Shown piece after piece: positions 35,498-37,621 of a stretch of 37,621 nucleotides of DNA. A program made the translations under genes and the position numbers. Every line of letters begins with the position of its first letter. The stretch's first letter is position 1. The stretch is taken from positions 1 to 37,621 of IMG/VR virus record IMGVR_UViG_3300012948_000009; one strand, written 5' to 3'. The notes beneath the pieces were generated by a model that was not told where the DNA came from, did no database searches, and saw only the letters and a program-made list of their open reading frames with translations. Origin of the DNA: a virus. Taxonomy: Duplodnaviria > Caudoviricetes.

Positions 35498-35809
35498 TTA
35501 GCTTGCCTTCGCGATCGGGCGGATCTTCGGCTCGCGGCGCGCGGCGCGCGTTTGCTGCGCAAGTGTCAGATCGTAGCGGGTCTGCAGATGCATCCAGAAC
35601 TCGGGCGACGTGCCGGTCAGATCCGCGAGGCGCAAGGCCGTGTCCGGCGTCACGCCGCGGTTGCCGCGAATAAATTGATTGAGCCGCACGGTGGGCATGT
35701 GCATCCGGCGCGCGGCGTCCACCTGCGACACAGGTGGATCGTACTGCTGCAGAAACTCTTGCAGCAGAATCTCGCCGGGGTGAATCGGGGGCGTGATGCG
35801 CTTCGCCAT
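35498..35809 (-). CDS. higA: HigA antitoxin
   Basis: PIHPGEILLQEFL...RGVTPDTALRLA...GTSPEFWMHLQ..YDL. Confidence 0.95.
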   Translation of the reverse strand: MAKRITPPIHPGEILLQEFLQQYDPPVSQVDAARRMHMPTVRLNQFIRGNRGVTPDTALRLADLTGTSPEFWMHLQTRYDLTLAQQTRAARREPKIRPIAKAS

Positions 35810-35818
35810 TGGGGCACC

Positions 35819-36103
35819 TCAGTGGTAGTCCTCGCAGCGCACGTCGTGCGCGTCCTGACCCTCGAACCGAAACGTAAGGCGGTACTGGTCGTTGACCCGG
35901 ATGCTGTAGCGATCCGTCCCTTTCAACGCCTCGAGCCGGTACCCCGGCGTGACCGCGATGTCGGTCGGTTTCGTCGCGGCGTCGATCACGAGCAACTTGC
36001 GCCGAATCGATCGCCACAACGCTTGCGGAATCCGCCGCGCGGCTTTGGTGTTGTGCCCGTGGAAGAGGTCCGCTGTCGTGGCATCTGCGAACGACCGAAG
36101 CAT
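35819..36103 (-). CDS. higB: HigB toxin (RelE/ParE superfamily)
   Basis: PGYRLEALKG..YSIRVNDQYRL.FRF...DV...DYH. Confidence 0.95.
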   Translation of the reverse strand: MLRSFADATTADLFHGHNTKAARRIPQALWRSIRRKLLVIDAATKPTDIAVTPGYRLEALKGTDRYSIRVNDQYRLTFRFEGQDAHDVRCEDYH

Positions 36104-36115
36104 GCGACGGTGACG

Positions 36116-36143
36116 ATTATACGATATCCGTATAGTGCGTCAA
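36116..36143 (-). promoter_or_regulatory. higBA promoter and operator
   Basis: TTGACG-16 nt-TATAAT with inverted repeat TATACG-N5-CGTATA (36118-36134). Confidence 0.8.
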
Positions 36144-36168
36144 GCGCGGCAGAAAGGAACGGGGAGCG

Positions 36169-36306
36169 ATGAGTCCCTACGGCAGTGCGCTCTACGTCGT
36201 GGCGTTCGTGCTCTTCCTCGTGGCGGCGTATCTCTCCGCGGGGGCGCGGGATCGGCTCGCGCTCGTCGCGGCGGCGCTCACCGTCTTGGCGCTGGGATGG
36301 CGATGA
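36169..36306 (+). CDS. 45-aa two-TM protein, holin-like candidate (below ORF-track cutoff)
   Basis: MSPYGSALYVVAFVLFLVAAYLSAGARDRLALVAAALTVLALGWR; purine-rich RBS; ATGA-coupled to the next gene. Confidence 0.6.
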   Translation: MSPYGSALYVVAFVLFLVAAYLSAGARDRLALVAAALTVLALGWR

Positions 36307-36518
36307 CGCTCCGCCTGGTCGCCGGGGTCGCGGCGCTGCTGCTCGCAGCGTGTGGGCACCGCCCGCCGCTGCTCCCGGATCGCGGGATCGACATTGACGT
36401 CCGCGTGCATGTCGGCTCAGCGGCGGTGCAGAGGGGAACGCTCACGCCGGCTGAGCCGACGCACTGCGGGTGCTGTACGGGCGCGGGCTGCACGTGTCGG
36501 CGGGACACGGATCGCTGA
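36303..36518 (+). CDS. Small lipoprotein with Cys-rich tail
   Basis: MTLRLVAGVAALLLAA|C lipobox; HCGCCTGAGCTC. Confidence 0.65.
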   Translation: MTLRLVAGVAALLLAACGHRPPLLPDRGIDIDVRVHVGSAAVQRGTLTPAEPTHCGCCTGAGCTCRRDTDR

Positions 36519-36748
36519 TGGATGCTAGGACCGCGTCGCCGTGGGTCGCGCTCCCCTACCTGCCGAGTGCGACCTGTCCGCATTGTGCGGGCCTGCGGAT
36601 CCGGACCTGTCATGTCTGCGACGGCTACCGCATCGTCGGCGACATGGCGAAGGTGCGCGATGCGGCGCGGTATGTCTGGGCCCGCGCGAACTGTCGCTGT
36701 GATGCGTGCCGGATGGTGGGCCGGTACACGCCGGAGGCCGGATCCTGA
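36518..36748 (+). CDS. Zinc-finger protein
   Basis: CPHCAG...CHVCDG (DnaJ-type CxxCxG) plus CRCDAC; TGATG coupling. Confidence 0.6.
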   Translation: MDARTASPWVALPYLPSATCPHCAGLRIRTCHVCDGYRIVGDMAKVRDAARYVWARANCRCDACRMVGRYTPEAGS

Positions 36749-36957
36749 TGGATCCCATCCATCAGGCGATCGCGTGGCTGACCTTCGCGCAGCAGATTGA
36801 GCATACCGGCGATCAGCTCTGGGCGGAGATCAAGAAAGTCTGCGTCGCCTACGACGTCGAGATCGATACCGAGTCGCTGGATGCGATCGTCCGGGCGGCG
36901 CAGCGTCGGCGGGCGTTGTGGGACGCGATGCAAGGTGGGGCCGATACCGGCGAGTAG
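36748..36957 (+). CDS. Hypothetical protein
   Basis: GGAGG RBS; TGATG coupling. Confidence 0.65.
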   Translation: MDPIHQAIAWLTFAQQIEHTGDQLWAEIKKVCVAYDVEIDTESLDAIVRAAQRRRALWDAMQGGADTGE

Positions 36958-36962
36958 ACTCG

Positions 36963-37139
36963 ATGTGGGGAATCGTGATCGGTGTGGTCGGGCTCGCGTG
37001 GCTCGTCGTCGTGGGGGTCCTGCTCTGGGATGCGGCGCGGCCGTGGTGGCGGTCGAAAGAGGCGCGGCGGCTCAACTCCTTGGGGCCGGCGAAGGGGCAT
37101 CAGGAAGCCCGCTGGCACGACGGGGACAGGGAAGCCTGA
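36963..37139 (+). CDS. Small single-TM protein
   Basis: MWGIVIGVVGLAWLVVVGVLLW hydrophobic helix. Confidence 0.5.
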   Translation: MWGIVIGVVGLAWLVVVGVLLWDAARPWWRSKEARRLNSLGPAKGHQEARWHDGDREA

Positions 37140-37146
37140 TCCGGTC

Positions 37147-37167
37147 TGTGTCACGCTGTGATACACT
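37147..37167 (+). promoter_or_regulatory. RHH-PIN promoter and operator
   Basis: Extended -10 TG-A-TACACT, 5 nt before the ATG; imperfect palindrome TGTGTCAC-GCT-GTGATACA. Confidence 0.65.
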
Positions 37168-37172
37168 GGGGT

Positions 37173-37391
37173 ATGGACAGCACCTTGAATCTACGCCTTG
37201 CCCCTCAGACCAAACGGCGGATCGTCAAGCTCGCGAAAGCCTCTGGTCGGAGCATCAGCGACGTTGCGCGCGATCTGCTCGAGCGGGCACTGGCGGTCGA
37301 AGAACTGCGCGCCCTGCGGGCGATAGCCGTGCCGCAAGCGTCGGCGGCGGGCCTCGTCACGGATGAGGATGTCTTCCGCACCATCTCATGA
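37173..37391 (+). CDS. Ribbon-helix-helix (CopG-like) antitoxin
   Basis: TLNLRL...KRRIVKLAK.SGRSISDVARDLL; C-terminal GLVTDEDVF; ATGA-coupled to the PIN toxin. Confidence 0.85.
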   Translation: MDSTLNLRLAPQTKRRIVKLAKASGRSISDVARDLLERALAVEELRALRAIAVPQASAAGLVTDEDVFRTIS

Positions 37392-37621
37392 GGGTGTTTC
37401 TGGACACCAATGTCCTGGTGGCGGCAGTCGTAGCCCGCGCGGGCCTCACGGCCGATCTGGTCGAACGGCTACTGATGCGGCATACCCTCGTCGTTTCGCC
37501 CCAAGTCCTGACGGAGCTGGCGCGGACGCTCCCCCAGTGCGGCCTTGATGCCCCAACCTGCGCGGCGGCCGTCGCGTTTATTGATCTCCACGCCGACCAT
37601 GTGCCGGCGCCCACGACGATC
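37388..37621 (+). CDS. PIN-domain toxin, 5' part (continues through the origin to 297)
   Basis: MRVFLDTNVLVAA...VVSPQVLTEL. Confidence 0.9.
   Translation, partial: MRVFLDTNVLVAAVVARAGLTADLVERLLMRHTLVVSPQVLTELARTLPQCGLDAPTCAAAVAFIDLHADHVPAPTTI
37499..37621. repeat. Terminal overlap, copy 2
   Basis: Identical to 1-123. Confidence 0.97.

Larger units (their letters stand above)
1..37621. mobile_element. Complete temperate phage genome (P22-like podovirus architecture), circular/excised form
   Basis: Terminal identity, intact attP, integrase, cI/cro, terminase, P22-like portal/coat/gp4/gp10 and ejection proteins. No tape-measure, sheath or tail-tube gene seen. Confidence 0.93.

Overview
The window is a complete, circularly closed ~37.5 kb GC-rich temperate phage genome with P22-like podovirus organisation. 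Bases 1-123 are identical to 37499-37621, giving a unit length of 37,498 bp, and one gene runs across the junction. It is in the excised form: an intact attP containing the 3' half of a tRNA-Leu(CAG) sits next to a tyrosine integrase. Gene order is int / cI-cro switch / Xis / Sak4-type recombination / RuvC-like, HNH and YdaU-type replication genes with iterons / TerS-TerL / P22-like portal, scaffold and coat / gp4- and gp10-like tail hub / ejection proteins / fibre-like genes / a non-canonical lysis-position module. The most unusual observations are: (1) three signal-peptide-bearing, paired-cysteine proteins inside the virion morphogenesis module; (2) four toxin-antitoxin-derived loci, two intact and two reduced to an antitoxin only, one of them with a BrnT toxin apparently deleted in frame; (3) no recognisable endolysin, but a GH5-like enzyme beside a modular gene with a strong in-frame internal start; (4) duplicated and triplicated structural genes. 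All family assignments are from motif recognition by eye, not database searches, and the host cannot be determined from the sequence alone.
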